Of a stretch of 64,000 nucleotides of DNA, positions 63,911 through 64,000 are shown piece by piece. Position 1 is the stretch's first letter. The number at the start of each line of letters is the position of its first letter. Source of the stretch: Mobula hypostoma (lineage: Eukaryota); NCBI RefSeq assembly GCF_963921235.1, contig NC_086097.1:183026001-183090000 (forward strand), written 5' to 3'. Below the pieces are notes generated by a model, which saw only the letters and a program-made list of their open reading frames with translations, made no database searches and was not told where the DNA came from. A program made the translations under genes and the position numbers.

Positions 63911-64000
63911 AACATAGTCATAGTCATACTTTATTGATCCCGAGGGAAATTGATTTTCGTTACAGTTGCCCCAACCAAGAACAGAGTATAAATATAACAA

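Noticed and set aside
1..64000. Prokaryotic or viral operon, or defence system
   Set aside because: No dense ORFs or operon structure; every long ORF is a spliced exon or a vertebrate TE relic.

Overview
Eukaryotic (vertebrate) genomic DNA. The CR1 / Rex-Babar / Penelope / V-SINE repeat content suggests a cartilaginous fish; this is an inference. The whole window lies inside one large + strand gene, SCO-spondin (SSPO, the Reissner-fibre glycoprotein). I read 16 internal coding exons (2746..62092) by hand. All have AG/GT boundaries and matching phases, and they splice into one open frame of 2385 nt (795 codons) encoding TSR1, TIL and VWC-like modules. No start or stop codon lies in the window, and several exons are missing from the ORF track. 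The introns are mostly decayed, often nested transposable elements: many CR1 LINEs (one with a near-complete ORF2), Rex-Babar LINEs, L1 and L2 3' ends, three related solo LTRs (two with 4-bp TSDs), a full-length DD34E Tc1 element, a tiny hAT-like MITE and tRNA-derived SINEs. There are also many Penelope-like fragments whose consensus folds as a minimal hammerhead ribozyme, including one near-perfect palindromic insertion. I found no convincing wholly new system; the best leads are the hammerhead relics, the palindrome, the young Tc1 and some splicing features. TE boundaries without TSDs are approximate.
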